From the NCBI GenBank assembly GCA_963665295.1, contig OY762209.1, forward strand, positions 2,304,001-2,368,000: 64,000 nucleotides of DNA, in the 5' to 3' direction. Within the stretch, counting starts at the first letter, position 1. Every line of letters begins with the position of its first letter. This DNA comes from Syntrophorhabdaceae bacterium. Its GTDB lineage: Bacteria; Desulfobacterota; Syntrophorhabdia; Syntrophorhabdales; Syntrophorhabdaceae. This document shows, in pieces, positions 1 through 8,905 of the stretch. A program made the position numbers and the translations under genes. The notes under the pieces are model-generated. The model was given only the letters and a program-made list of their open reading frames with translations. It ran no database searches and was not told the origin of the DNA.

Positions 1-1592
1 TTCGTCGCCGGGGTAAGGGACAGGGTGGCAAGGCTGGTGAAGTTGGCGGTGACGGTGATGTCCGACACCATGCTCACCGTGCATGACCCTTTTCCTTCAC
101 ATACGCCCGGACTGACGGTCCAGCCCGTAAAGACGGAATTTGTGGCTGCCTTGGCCTTGAGCGTCACCTTCTTGTCCTCGGGGTAGCGCGCCGACCCTTC
201 GGGCCATTCGTCGGAAGGGCACATTTCCGGAGCACAATACGTGGTGCAGCCGACCCCTTTCGGACTCGTGGTTACGGTCCCCGTGCCCCCTCCTCCCGCA
301 TTGGCGATATTCACCTGGAGAAGCGGGTAATTTCCCCGGACGGGCCACACATGGAGGCGGCCGGAGCCCTTGGACAAGGATATGATGTCGCCGAAGGTCA
401 TGTCCACGATCTTTGCCGCCCCCGGGTTTTTCAGGGAGGTGGTGGATGACCAGTGCCCCGCGGCCTGGGGGTAAAGACCCACCGGGTCCGTCTCGACGAT
501 CACATTCTGGAAAGGTTGGTCCGCTTCGAGGGCGGGGGTATTCGGGGCCACAGAACGGTCGATGAGGCTCGCAAGTTCATTCTTGTTGGGAAGACGCCAA
601 TCCCGGTACCCGAGCCACGGGTCCGTCGCCGAGTTCAGACAGATTTTCACGAAATCCAGGGCCTGTTGCCATGACTTGAAAACGCCCCGCGAGGTGGCGG
701 GATCGTTGGCGCACAGTTCCGGGTCGATTGCGCTGTCGCCGGGCCCCGCTGTAGCCGCGTCCGTCGTCCACATGAGGTTGGTGAAGAGGTCGGTTATTGT
801 CCCGTCGGGAGTCACGTTGTCAGAGGACAGATTGACATAATACCGGGGGATCGGCCACGAGGCGCCCGCGAGCCACTCGGCGTCCTGACCGCTGCCGTTG
901 CACGTGACGAGTTGCGCGTTGGAGGCATCGTAACAGAGTTCCTGACCTGTCTGGGCCACCCGCGCGAGCGCGCTGGAATCGGTGTTTCCTCTGACCGGCC
1001 AGACGCAGTAATTGCTGAGCTTGTTGATATTGTACTGGGTGCCGTCCCTCATGTCCATTCCCCACGCCGCGGGGTTGATGGTGTCGTCATTGATGTAAGA
1101 GGTGGACGAGAAGAAGAAGTAGGTGGAAGGCATTGCGAATGTGCCCGCAAGCCACGCATAAAGGTCGTTCGCGGTGGTGCTGGCAAGGCTTTCGAGTTCA
1201 TTCACGTTTGCGGCTCGCCAGTCGGTCTTTCCGCAATAGGTTAATGTGTTTACCGCGTTGATGGCGTCATTCCAGTCGGAGGAGCATATCTGTTTGGCAT
1301 TGCCCGCCCATATGAGGCGGGTCAGCCGATCGGTAAAGGCGCAACCGTCGAAGCTGACGGAAAACCTTGGAGAGGGCATGGGAACGCCCACCTGAAATTC
1401 AGCGTCCTGTCCCGTGCCCTGGCAGCTTTTGAGTTTGGTGCCCGCGAAATCGTAACAGTATTTCTGGCCGGTAACAGGGAGACTGATCTCCTCGGCCGAC
1501 ACCGGGCCCGTAAAAACGGCCACGGTCAGAAATACCAGCAAGGATGCAGCGTATGCAACCTTACCTGCCACGCCCCAAGTAAGTGTCGTCAT
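1..1592 (-). CDS. Secreted tandem DUF1566 (Lcl/C-type-lectin-like) protein with a downstream divergent InlB-B-type Cys repeat; runs off the left edge (partial)
   Basis: Absent from the ORF track (no stop in window) and translated by hand. ATG 1592 follows GGAGG. Signal peptide MTTLTWGVAGKVAYAASLLVFLTVAVFTGPVSA, then two copies of xTGQxxCYD...GQDAE...PR...TDxxTxLxW...DWRxxNxNELxSL...SST...VWPVRG, then GTGTVTTSPKGVGC...VTLKAKAATNSVFTGW...CTVSM...VTANF. Confidence 0.85.
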   Translation of the reverse strand, partial: MTTLTWGVAGKVAYAASLLVFLTVAVFTGPVSAEEISLPVTGQKYCYDFAGTKLKSCQGTGQDAEFQVGVPMPSPRFSVSFDGCAFTDRLTRLIWAGNAKQICSSDWNDAINAVNTLTYCGKTDWRAANVNELESLASTTANDLYAWLAGTFAMPSTYFFFSSTSYINDDTINPAAWGMDMRDGTQYNINKLSNYCVWPVRGNTDSSALARVAQTGQELCYDASNAQLVTCNGSGQDAEWLAGASWPIPRYYVNLSSDNVTPDGTITDLFTNLMWTTDAATAGPGDSAIDPELCANDPATSRGVFKSWQQALDFVKICLNSATDPWLGYRDWRLPNKNELASLIDRSVAPNTPALEADQPFQNVIVETDPVGLYPQAAGHWSSTTSLKNPGAAKIVDMTFGDIISLSKGSGRLHVWPVRGNYPLLQVNIANAGGGGTGTVTTSPKGVGCTTYCAPEMCPSDEWPEGSARYPEDKKVTLKAKAATNSVFTGWTVSPGVCEGKGSCTVSMVSDITVTANFTSLATLSLTPAT

Positions 1593-1712
1593 TGGTACCT
1601 CCCAGTCCGCTTTTGTTGGCGCGGACTATAGAACCTATTATATATCTAATGTCCGACGATATCAAATGCCCCCTTTTACCGTTGGGCCGGGCCTTTCCGG
1701 GCGTCAAAAAAA

Positions 1713-1741
1713 TTGACACCCGTCCTGCTTTCTAATATCCT
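1713..1741 (+). promoter_or_regulatory. sigma70-like promoter of plsY (leaderless geometry)
   Basis: TTGACA (1713-1718), 17 bp, TATCCT (1736-1741), then 6 nt to ATG 1748; no Shine-Dalgarno. Confidence 0.6.
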
Positions 1742-1747
1742 TAAGGC

Positions 1748-2347
1748 ATGGGTTCCGTTGCTCTCGTTGTCGTCGCCTACCTGATCGGTTCAATACCCGT
1801 GGGAATCCTCCTTTCGAAACTGAAAGGCAAGGACCCGAGACAGGTGGGAAGTGGGAACATAGGGGCAACCAACGTCATGAGGACCGCAGGGAAGGCCCTT
1901 GGTGTGATCACTCTCCTGGGAGACATGCTGAAGGGGTTTCTACCCGTAATGTTTGCCCTTCACACAGGCTTCCCCGAATATATGGTGGTCATGGCAGGTA
2001 TCGCCGCCTTCATCGGTCACCTCTTTCCCTTGTTTCTCGGATTCAAAGGCGGTAAAGGCGTTGCCACTGCCTTGGGTGTATACCTCGCCCTGAACCCTCT
2101 CGCGGTGCTTGGGTGCATTGTCGTGTTTGTCGCCGTTTTGTTAAAATGGAGATATGTGTCGGCGGGCTCCCTCGCGGGGACTCTCTTCATGCCCGTCATC
2201 CTCTACCTGCTCAAGGCCCCGGAAATGTACATCTATGTCTCACTCGTGATAGGCGGTATGATTGTCCTGAAGCATCTCGGTAACATAAAGAGGCTCATAG
2301 CGGGTACGGAGCACAAGCTGGACTCGTCAAGGGCAAAAAACCGTTGA
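1748..2347 (+). CDS. plsY: Glycerol-3-phosphate 1-O-acyltransferase PlsY
   Basis: YLIGSIP, GSGNIGATNVMR, GHLFPLFLGFKGGKGVAT and KHLGNIKRL motifs; multi-TM protein. Confidence 0.97.
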   Translation: MGSVALVVVAYLIGSIPVGILLSKLKGKDPRQVGSGNIGATNVMRTAGKALGVITLLGDMLKGFLPVMFALHTGFPEYMVVMAGIAAFIGHLFPLFLGFKGGKGVATALGVYLALNPLAVLGCIVVFVAVLLKWRYVSAGSLAGTLFMPVILYLLKAPEMYIYVSLVIGGMIVLKHLGNIKRLIAGTEHKLDSSRAKNR

Positions 2348-2619
2348 CTTGAGGCACATGTTGGAGTAGCTATTAAGCACACCACATCACGCGGTACCGG
2401 CCTCCGCAACCCGGCGGGAGAGAATTCGTTGGGAACAGTCGCGGACGGCCCGGCACGGACATCGAGGGTTTTGACATCATTGTGGTCGGCAGGGAGCCGG
2501 GGCGTGAGAATAATGGCGGTCCCTCCATACCGGCAGGCGCATGGAGTGAATCCGAAGAAAGATTTGACTGACCGCACGATAAAACGAAACAACTCACAAT
2601 AAGATAAGAAGGAGGAATC

Positions 2620-5600
2620 ATGTCGTACCGGAAAGGCATTATCCTGCATCTTTCACTCGGCTTAATCCTGTTTTCCCTGATCCTGATCTCCCCTGCCCAC
2701 TCGACGCCCCTCGATGCCAAGGCGAAATTCGTGAAGTTTCAGCAGATGCAGAACGCCCTCGCCGCGGAATCCGTGCCTGCGAAAGTCAGGAGTATTCAGG
2801 CGGCCCTTGCCCCAAAGAGCGCCGCGAAGCCGGCAAAGGGAAAAGCGGCAATCGCCGCGGGGTCCCGGACAAAGCTGATGGTTGCCGGGAAAGCGCAGGC
2901 GGCCCGGACAAAGACTTCCGGCGATCCCCTTGACGACTGGGCGTGGAGTAATCCCACTCCCACGGGCAACAGGTTCTCCGACATTACCTACGGCAACGGC
3001 GTCTACGTGGCGGTGGGCGCCTATGGGACCATCTTCACTTCCACGGACGGGAAAGCCTGGACACAAAAGGTCTCGGGGACTACGGGAGACCTTTTCGGGG
3101 TGGCTTACAGCGGGGGTGTCTTCGTCGCGGTGGGATACTCTACCATCCCTGAAGCGACTGAATTTACAGTCATTATCCTCAAATCTCCGGACGGCGCCAC
3201 ATGGACGCCCGTCGATTTGGGGATGACGGGGAACCTCTACGGCGTGACCTACGCCGATAATAAATTCGTCGCGGTGGGGTTCGGCGGCGATCTGTACTCA
3301 GGCATTATCCTTACCTCTCCGGACGGGTCCTCATGGGAACCTGTGGACACTTCGGCCTTTTCCGCGCAGCTCTGGGACGTAATCTACGGCAATAACACCT
3401 TCGTCGCGGTAGGATTCGACCAGGACTACGGTACGAGCGCGGTCCTCACCTCCCCTGATGGCGTGACGTGGAGCCAATCGGATACGACGGACCTCCTCTC
3501 CACCCTCGTGGGGGTCACCTATGGGGACGGCACTTTCGTGGCGGTGGGAGTTGACATCGACACCGAATCGGGAGCCATGACAGGCGCGGTCCTCACGTCC
3601 GTCGATAACGGTGTGACCTGGACTTCCCGTGACCCGAAGATGACGGGTGCACTCGGCGCAGTGGCTTACGGCAACGGCAGCTTTGTGAGCGTGGGATATG
3701 ACGGCAGTTCGGGCGCCGGCGTCATCTTCACCTCATCCAACGGGACAATTTGGACCAGGAAGGCAGCGGGGACTCCACCGAGCCTGAATGGAGTGGCGTA
3801 CGTGAACAACGGTTTTGTGGCAGTGGGTTCTTCAGGTGCCATTGTGACCTCTCCCAACGGGAGCGCGTGGACCGCAAGGAGTTCCGTGGTGACCGCGGCC
3901 ACACTCTACGATGTGGCATACGGCAACGGCGCCTTTGTCGCGGTAGGATACGGCGGCGCTATTGCGACTTCTCCCGACGGTGCGACATGGACCAAAAGGA
4001 CTTCGGGGACGACCTACCCCCTTTACCATGTGGCATACGGCAACGGCTCCTTCATGGCGGTGGGATATTATTATGATGAAGAGCAGGGGATCACCACGGG
4101 CAATGTCATCCTCACTTCCACCGATGGGGCGGCATGGACGAAGAAGAGTCCGGCGGGAGTGGAGGGTTACTCGTTCCTGAGCGTAGGGTTCGGCAACAAT
4201 ACTTTCGTGGTAACGGGTTTTGACACGAACAACTGGGCCGACGTAATTCTTACCTATAACGGGACAACGTGGACCCAGAACACCACCGAGACGGTGTCCT
4301 TCTTCTACGGTGTCGCATACGGCAACGACACCTTCGTCATTACGGGGGAAGGGGGCATCATCATGACTTCACCTGACGGAGCGGCCTGGACCCTGCAGGA
4401 CTACATTGTAGGCTCCACCCTCTACGGAGTCACCTTCGACAACGGCGTATTTATGGTAGTGGGAGACGTAAACGCCATCCTTACCTCCACAGACGGGACG
4501 GACTGGACGGATTTGACCCCAATGGACCTCATCGACCTGTGGACGCTCCGCAGCGTGGCCTATGACGCGGGCAATGATGCCTGGGTTGTGGTGGGTGCCT
4601 ACCTCGATTGGGAATCCCTGCAGTGGTCGGGCGCAATAATCCTTACCTCCGCCGATGGCGGGGCCACTTGGGTCAGCCGCGACCCCGAGTCTACCCTCGC
4701 GTTGCTCGGTGTGGCCTACGGGGCCAATTCCTTTGTCGCGACGGGCGGGCACGGTATGATCCGCCGGTCCTCTCAGCCTGTCTTCTATTCCCTTAACCTC
4801 AACAGGTCCGGCACGGGTTCAGGGGTGGTGACGAGCAACCCCACGGGTATCGATTGCGGGAGCGCCTGCTCGGCCTCTTTCGCCGGGGAGACCACCGTAA
4901 CCCTCACTGCGGTCCCTTCCGCGGGTTCGGTTTTCAAGTCCTGGTCCGGCTGCACCTCGTCGGGCAACAAGTGTACCGTGGTCATGAATAACGCGAAAAC
5001 AGTGACCGCCGCATTCGCCGTTGCAAACCCGGTGAAGCTTACCGTGTCCAAGGTCAAACAGGCCAGCGGCGACGGCGCCGTCACGAGTTCTCCCGCGGGT
5101 ATCGATTGCGGCAAGACCTGCTCCGGGCTTTACGCCCCGGGCACGTCGGTCACCCTCTCAGCTGCCGTCTCATCCCTTTCAACTTTTGGGGGATGGTCCC
5201 TTCCTTCCTGCGGCGGCACAGGTGCCTGCACGTTTACCATGGATAAGGCTCAGACCGTGAAAGCCACCTTCATCGGGCCCCAGGTCCTTACGGTGACGAA
5301 CACGTCGGCGAGCAAGGGCAAGGGAACCATCATGACCGATTCAGGCAATATTGCCTGCGAGAGGGGGACCTGCAAGGGGTCCTTCCTTTACAATACAGTG
5401 GTAACCCTCACTGCCGCGGCTGATTCCGGATCCAACTCGGTCTTTGCGGGATGGTCCGGCTGTACGACCCAATCGCCCACCACCTGCACGGTCACCATGG
5501 ACAAGGCACAGTCGGTAAAGGGGACCTTCACGGGACCCCAGACCTTGACAGTCGCGAACTCGTCAGTGAACAGGGGTACGGGGACAGTGACGAGCAACCC

Positions 5601-5829
5601 CGAAGGTGTGGCGTGCGCAAAGGGCACGTGCAAGACACCCTTTGTCTATAAGCTGGAGGTGACCCTTTCGGCCTCCGCCGACCCCGGCTCTTACTTTATG
5701 GGCTGGTCCGGCGCCTGTTCCGGTACGGATGACTGCTTTGTGACTATGGACAAGGCAAGGAGCGTCACTGCAAAGTTCAAGAAGGGTTCGGCCCCTGCCT
5801 TGGGGGAGGAGGCCGTATCGGTTGAATGA
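2620..5829 (+). CDS. Large secreted/surface protein: 14 BNR/Asp-box-type beta-propeller repeats plus 4 divergent InlB-B-type Cys repeats
   Basis: AGGAGG RBS; signal peptide; 14 units of LxxVxYGNGxFVAVG...ILTSPDGxxW; four C-terminal units of GxGxVTSxPxGIxC..C...VTLTA....S.F.GWSG.C....CTVTM..A.SV.A.F. Confidence 0.9.
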   Translation: MSYRKGIILHLSLGLILFSLILISPAHSTPLDAKAKFVKFQQMQNALAAESVPAKVRSIQAALAPKSAAKPAKGKAAIAAGSRTKLMVAGKAQAARTKTSGDPLDDWAWSNPTPTGNRFSDITYGNGVYVAVGAYGTIFTSTDGKAWTQKVSGTTGDLFGVAYSGGVFVAVGYSTIPEATEFTVIILKSPDGATWTPVDLGMTGNLYGVTYADNKFVAVGFGGDLYSGIILTSPDGSSWEPVDTSAFSAQLWDVIYGNNTFVAVGFDQDYGTSAVLTSPDGVTWSQSDTTDLLSTLVGVTYGDGTFVAVGVDIDTESGAMTGAVLTSVDNGVTWTSRDPKMTGALGAVAYGNGSFVSVGYDGSSGAGVIFTSSNGTIWTRKAAGTPPSLNGVAYVNNGFVAVGSSGAIVTSPNGSAWTARSSVVTAATLYDVAYGNGAFVAVGYGGAIATSPDGATWTKRTSGTTYPLYHVAYGNGSFMAVGYYYDEEQGITTGNVILTSTDGAAWTKKSPAGVEGYSFLSVGFGNNTFVVTGFDTNNWADVILTYNGTTWTQNTTETVSFFYGVAYGNDTFVITGEGGIIMTSPDGAAWTLQDYIVGSTLYGVTFDNGVFMVVGDVNAILTSTDGTDWTDLTPMDLIDLWTLRSVAYDAGNDAWVVVGAYLDWESLQWSGAIILTSADGGATWVSRDPESTLALLGVAYGANSFVATGGHGMIRRSSQPVFYSLNLNRSGTGSGVVTSNPTGIDCGSACSASFAGETTVTLTAVPSAGSVFKSWSGCTSSGNKCTVVMNNAKTVTAAFAVANPVKLTVSKVKQASGDGAVTSSPAGIDCGKTCSGLYAPGTSVTLSAAVSSLSTFGGWSLPSCGGTGACTFTMDKAQTVKATFIGPQVLTVTNTSASKGKGTIMTDSGNIACERGTCKGSFLYNTVVTLTAAADSGSNSVFAGWSGCTTQSPTTCTVTMDKAQSVKGTFTGPQTLTVANSSVNRGTGTVTSNPEGVACAKGTCKTPFVYKLEVTLSASADPGSYFMGWSGACSGTDDCFVTMDKARSVTAKFKKGSAPALGEEAVSVE

Positions 5830-5840
5830 AACGGTACACA

Positions 5841-5869
5841 GCGTCCCATGGGAAGGTCTCATGGGACGC
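5841..5869 (+). terminator. GC-rich hairpin after the propeller gene (possible terminator, no U tract)
   Basis: GCGTCCCATG ... CATGGGACGC 10-bp inverted repeat 11 nt after the stop. Confidence 0.4.
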
Positions 5870-6009
5870 CAATAATTGCTTGACGGAAGCACACGCCCGT
5901 GCTATGAAAAGCCGTATCAGGGGATTATGACGAATAGAGCATGATTTTCCGGGCAGCTTGCGGGCCTGTGGAAAAATTCCCGAAAAATAAGATTTGGAGG
6001 AGTCGTCTT

Positions 6010-6930
6010 ATGAAGAATGTTGTGTGGAGGGAGGGTTTGGTTAAGCAGGTTCTGTGTCTTGCGGCAGCATTGTTGCTTCTGGGAGGGGCGGTAACCGCCG
6101 GGGCACAGGTGACGGATATATATGCCCAGGCAGGTTTTGGCGTGAAAGGCGCCTGGGGTTCCGTCGATGTTATGGTATACTCGTATGATGATATCGGCGC
6201 CGGCAAGGTTACAAGCTCCGCGACCGGTTGTCTTGAGGACCCCGGCCAGGGAAATAAATGCCCGAAGGACGCGCAGAGAAAGATCAACTGCGACGGCAGT
6301 GAAACGGCCATATGCTCTCTGTATTTCCCCAGCCAGACGAAGATCACCCTCACTGCCACCCCTCTGAAGGGCAGCGACGAGAGCCCGTCCGTCTTCGGAG
6401 GCTGGGTCGCGGATGCCCTGGATACGGTGTATGGGTGTTATCCCCTTGGAACGTACTCGTGCTACCCTGCGGGAGGAGCACTGGTGGGGGCCGTATTCGC
6501 CAAAAAAGAGACGACTGTTTCCCTTACCGTAGAGCCTTACTTCTTTAACGAACCCGTAGAGAAATCCGACAGCTACATCAGCGGACCGAACGGGCTCAAA
6601 TGCGGCGTTAATTACACGGAGTGCACCGTCAACGTAGCGATCGGCTCCACGGTAAGCCTGAAGGCCGTCACGTCGTCATCCGATTGGTTTTTCGGATACG
6701 TGAGCGGTTTTAAGACATGCAACTACATGTTCGGGGGAAGTTGCTCTTTCCCTGCCACCGTCACATGCCTCTCTGCAGCGGGAAGCACCTCTGCGAGAGC
6801 GGAGGACCTTGTCGCCTCAGGAGCGGCAAAGCGGAAAATTTCGGCCAAAGGCGCAGGCGTGAGCGTTGCCCTCGGTTCAAAGGGGCTCGGCAAGGTGCTC
6901 TTCAAAGGCAACAAGGGAATAGAAAAATAA
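6010..6930 (+). CDS. Secreted Cys-rich protein with degenerate InlB-B-type repeats
   Basis: GGAGG before ATG 6010; signal peptide ending VTAGA; GAGKVTSS...KINC..C...ITLTATP...SVFGGW and a second similar unit; basic C-terminal tail. Confidence 0.75.
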   Translation: MKNVVWREGLVKQVLCLAAALLLLGGAVTAGAQVTDIYAQAGFGVKGAWGSVDVMVYSYDDIGAGKVTSSATGCLEDPGQGNKCPKDAQRKINCDGSETAICSLYFPSQTKITLTATPLKGSDESPSVFGGWVADALDTVYGCYPLGTYSCYPAGGALVGAVFAKKETTVSLTVEPYFFNEPVEKSDSYISGPNGLKCGVNYTECTVNVAIGSTVSLKAVTSSSDWFFGYVSGFKTCNYMFGGSCSFPATVTCLSAAGSTSARAEDLVASGAAKRKISAKGAGVSVALGSKGLGKVLFKGNKGIEK

Positions 6931-6960
6931 ACGTCTATAGGTTCGGTCCGGGCTTGGGAT

Positions 6961-6999
6961 AAACAAAACCGCCACTCTTTACGGGTGGCGGTTTTGTTT
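6961..6999. terminator. Bidirectional intrinsic terminator
   Basis: AAACAAAACCGCCAC-TCTTTACGG-GTGGCGGTTTTGTTT between convergent genes. Confidence 0.85.
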
Positions 7000-7021
7000 C
7001 AGGCAGGAAACGTGGGCTCTT

Positions 7022-8764
7022 CTATTTGAATATGGATACGAGCTTCCTGTTCTTTATATCCGCGAGCCCCTTATCGGTGATCCTCAAGAAAGGCAGTCCC
7101 GTGAAAGGGATAGTCTGAATGGTGAGGAACGGCTTTTCGAAGGCTGCGCCGATCTCTTTCAGCTTCTCGTCCAACTCTTTTGTCTTGTCCGCTATTTCCC
7201 TGATACTCGCGAGGGGCATGAGGCCGAAGGCGGGCATGGGGAATTCGTAAATGATCTTGCCGTGCTTTGCAATGGCAATGCCGCCCTGGATATCGATAAG
7301 CCGGTTCACCGCCACTTTGAGGTCCTCTTCCGTGCTCCCGAGGACAAAGATGTTACACGAGTCCCAGATAAGGGTCGTTGCCACGGCGCCGTCCTTGATG
7401 CCCGTGCCCTTGATAAAGCCCCGTCCCATCTTTTTGCCCTTGTTCCTGTTTATTACCGCCGTGGGAATGATATCCTCCTGAAGGTTGGGCTGGAGGAACC
7501 CTTCCTTGACGGACGAGGTGTACGTTATTTCCCGCGTTATGGTGGGATTCGCCACCTGGATCACCCGGATGTCCTTGTTCTTCCCGCGGGCCTTTATCCT
7601 GAAGTCGTCCTCCGTGACCTTGTCCGCATGGATGGTATGCATCACGGTTTCGGGAAAACGGTATTCAGGGGCGTCACCGATGAAGGCACCCCCGGCGCAC
7701 ACAATCCGCCCCTGTGCCATCACCCGGTCTATGGATACCTTTTCGAGGTCATCGAGGAAGAGGATGTCGGCATGCCTCAGCGGGGCGATAGCGCCGACAT
7801 GACGGAGACCGAGATAATCGGCGGGGTTTATGGTGAGCGTCTTTATCGCTTCCATGGGCGAGAATCCGTATGCTATGGCCTTTCTTGCAATGGAGTCGAG
7901 GTATCCCTCATCCCGGAGCATGACGGCATCGAAGAAATCCGAGACGAGCATGATGCGGCGTGTGTCCACGGCGAGGTCCTTGATCTTGTGAAGCTCGGGT
8001 AACTCCTGACGCACGAAACCTTCGCGCACCATGACGTACGTGCCGGACCTGAGTTTCTCCATCACCTCGTCCATCTGGATGGACTCATGACACGACGTGA
8101 CCCCGGTAAGAAGGTACTCTGTGAATTTTTTGCCCCGGGCGCCCGCGGAGTGGCCGTCTATCCTTTTGCCCAGGGAAATGGCGAGGGCCGCCTGCTTCAT
8201 GATCCTGTCTTCCCCTTCAACCACCCTGGTCCAATAGGCTTCGCCGATACCGAGAAAATCATCCCTTTTTAAAAGGGTGGAAAACTCGCCGAAGGTGAGC
8301 CCCCGGGCGCCTTCCATCCTGGGAAAGGGAGGTGTGAGAGGGGGCACGACAAAGTAACATTTCAAAGGATAGCCTTTGGTGCTGTCGATGAAGGAAAGGA
8401 GGGCGTCCATACCGCAACTCGTACCGATCATGGTACATTCGGTGACTATCGTGGTGGTGCCTCCCCGGAGTGCGTAGGGCGCGAATTGGTGGAACGTATA
8501 TACTGCATCGATATGGGTATGGGCGTCCACAAAACCGGGGCAGAGAAAACGTCCCCCCGCGTCTATGGAGTCTGCCGGCCCGTAAGAGGGCACGTCCTTG
8601 TCTTCCTCGATGGACACGATAAAACCGTCCTTTATCACTACCATGAGACCATCTTGTATCTCATTGGTGAAGACATTGATGATCCGGCCGTTCCTTATCA
8701 CGGTATCTGGCGGCACAGTCCCTTTCAGCACGTCCAGAAAAGTTTTCAACTGTTCTTTCTTCAT
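7022..8764 (-). CDS. ade: Adenine deaminase family amidohydrolase (divergent)
   Basis: PGFVDAHTHID, GGTTTIV, DGHSAG, CHES, REG, TINPADYLGL, GAIAP..ADI and an Ade-type C-terminal domain; ATG 8764 preferred over the track start 8845. Confidence 0.8.
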   Translation of the reverse strand: MKKEQLKTFLDVLKGTVPPDTVIRNGRIINVFTNEIQDGLMVVIKDGFIVSIEEDKDVPSYGPADSIDAGGRFLCPGFVDAHTHIDAVYTFHQFAPYALRGGTTTIVTECTMIGTSCGMDALLSFIDSTKGYPLKCYFVVPPLTPPFPRMEGARGLTFGEFSTLLKRDDFLGIGEAYWTRVVEGEDRIMKQAALAISLGKRIDGHSAGARGKKFTEYLLTGVTSCHESIQMDEVMEKLRSGTYVMVREGFVRQELPELHKIKDLAVDTRRIMLVSDFFDAVMLRDEGYLDSIARKAIAYGFSPMEAIKTLTINPADYLGLRHVGAIAPLRHADILFLDDLEKVSIDRVMAQGRIVCAGGAFIGDAPEYRFPETVMHTIHADKVTEDDFRIKARGKNKDIRVIQVANPTITREITYTSSVKEGFLQPNLQEDIIPTAVINRNKGKKMGRGFIKGTGIKDGAVATTLIWDSCNIFVLGSTEEDLKVAVNRLIDIQGGIAIAKHGKIIYEFPMPAFGLMPLASIREIADKTKELDEKLKEIGAAFEKPFLTIQTIPFTGLPFLRITDKGLADIKNRKLVSIFK

Positions 8765-8905
8765 AGTGTGGTCCTTTTGCAGCAGTATGGAATTTTGTCG
8801 CGAAGGCGGAACCTCAAGGGAGCGCCCCACTCCCTTAGTGTACACGAATGAATTGTCCTTTGTAAACCGGAGTCTGCCCTTCCGCGCGTTGCGTGGGGAC
8901 AGGCT

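Noticed and set aside
1..1592. DUF1566 protein as a diversity-generating retroelement target
   Set aside because: No reverse transcriptase and no adenine-variant TR/VR repeat pair in the window. The two domains are diverged at all positions. A remote DGR cannot be excluded.
2348..2619. Long 5' region of the propeller gene as a c-di-GMP or other riboswitch
   Set aside because: No recognisable aptamer consensus or terminator by eye. An Rfam scan would be needed.
2950..4770. Regularly spaced nucleotide repeats (e.g. GTCGCGGTGGG, TACGGCAACGGC) as a CRISPR array
   Set aside because: They are degenerate, in-frame codon repeats of propeller blades within one ORF, and no cas genes are present.
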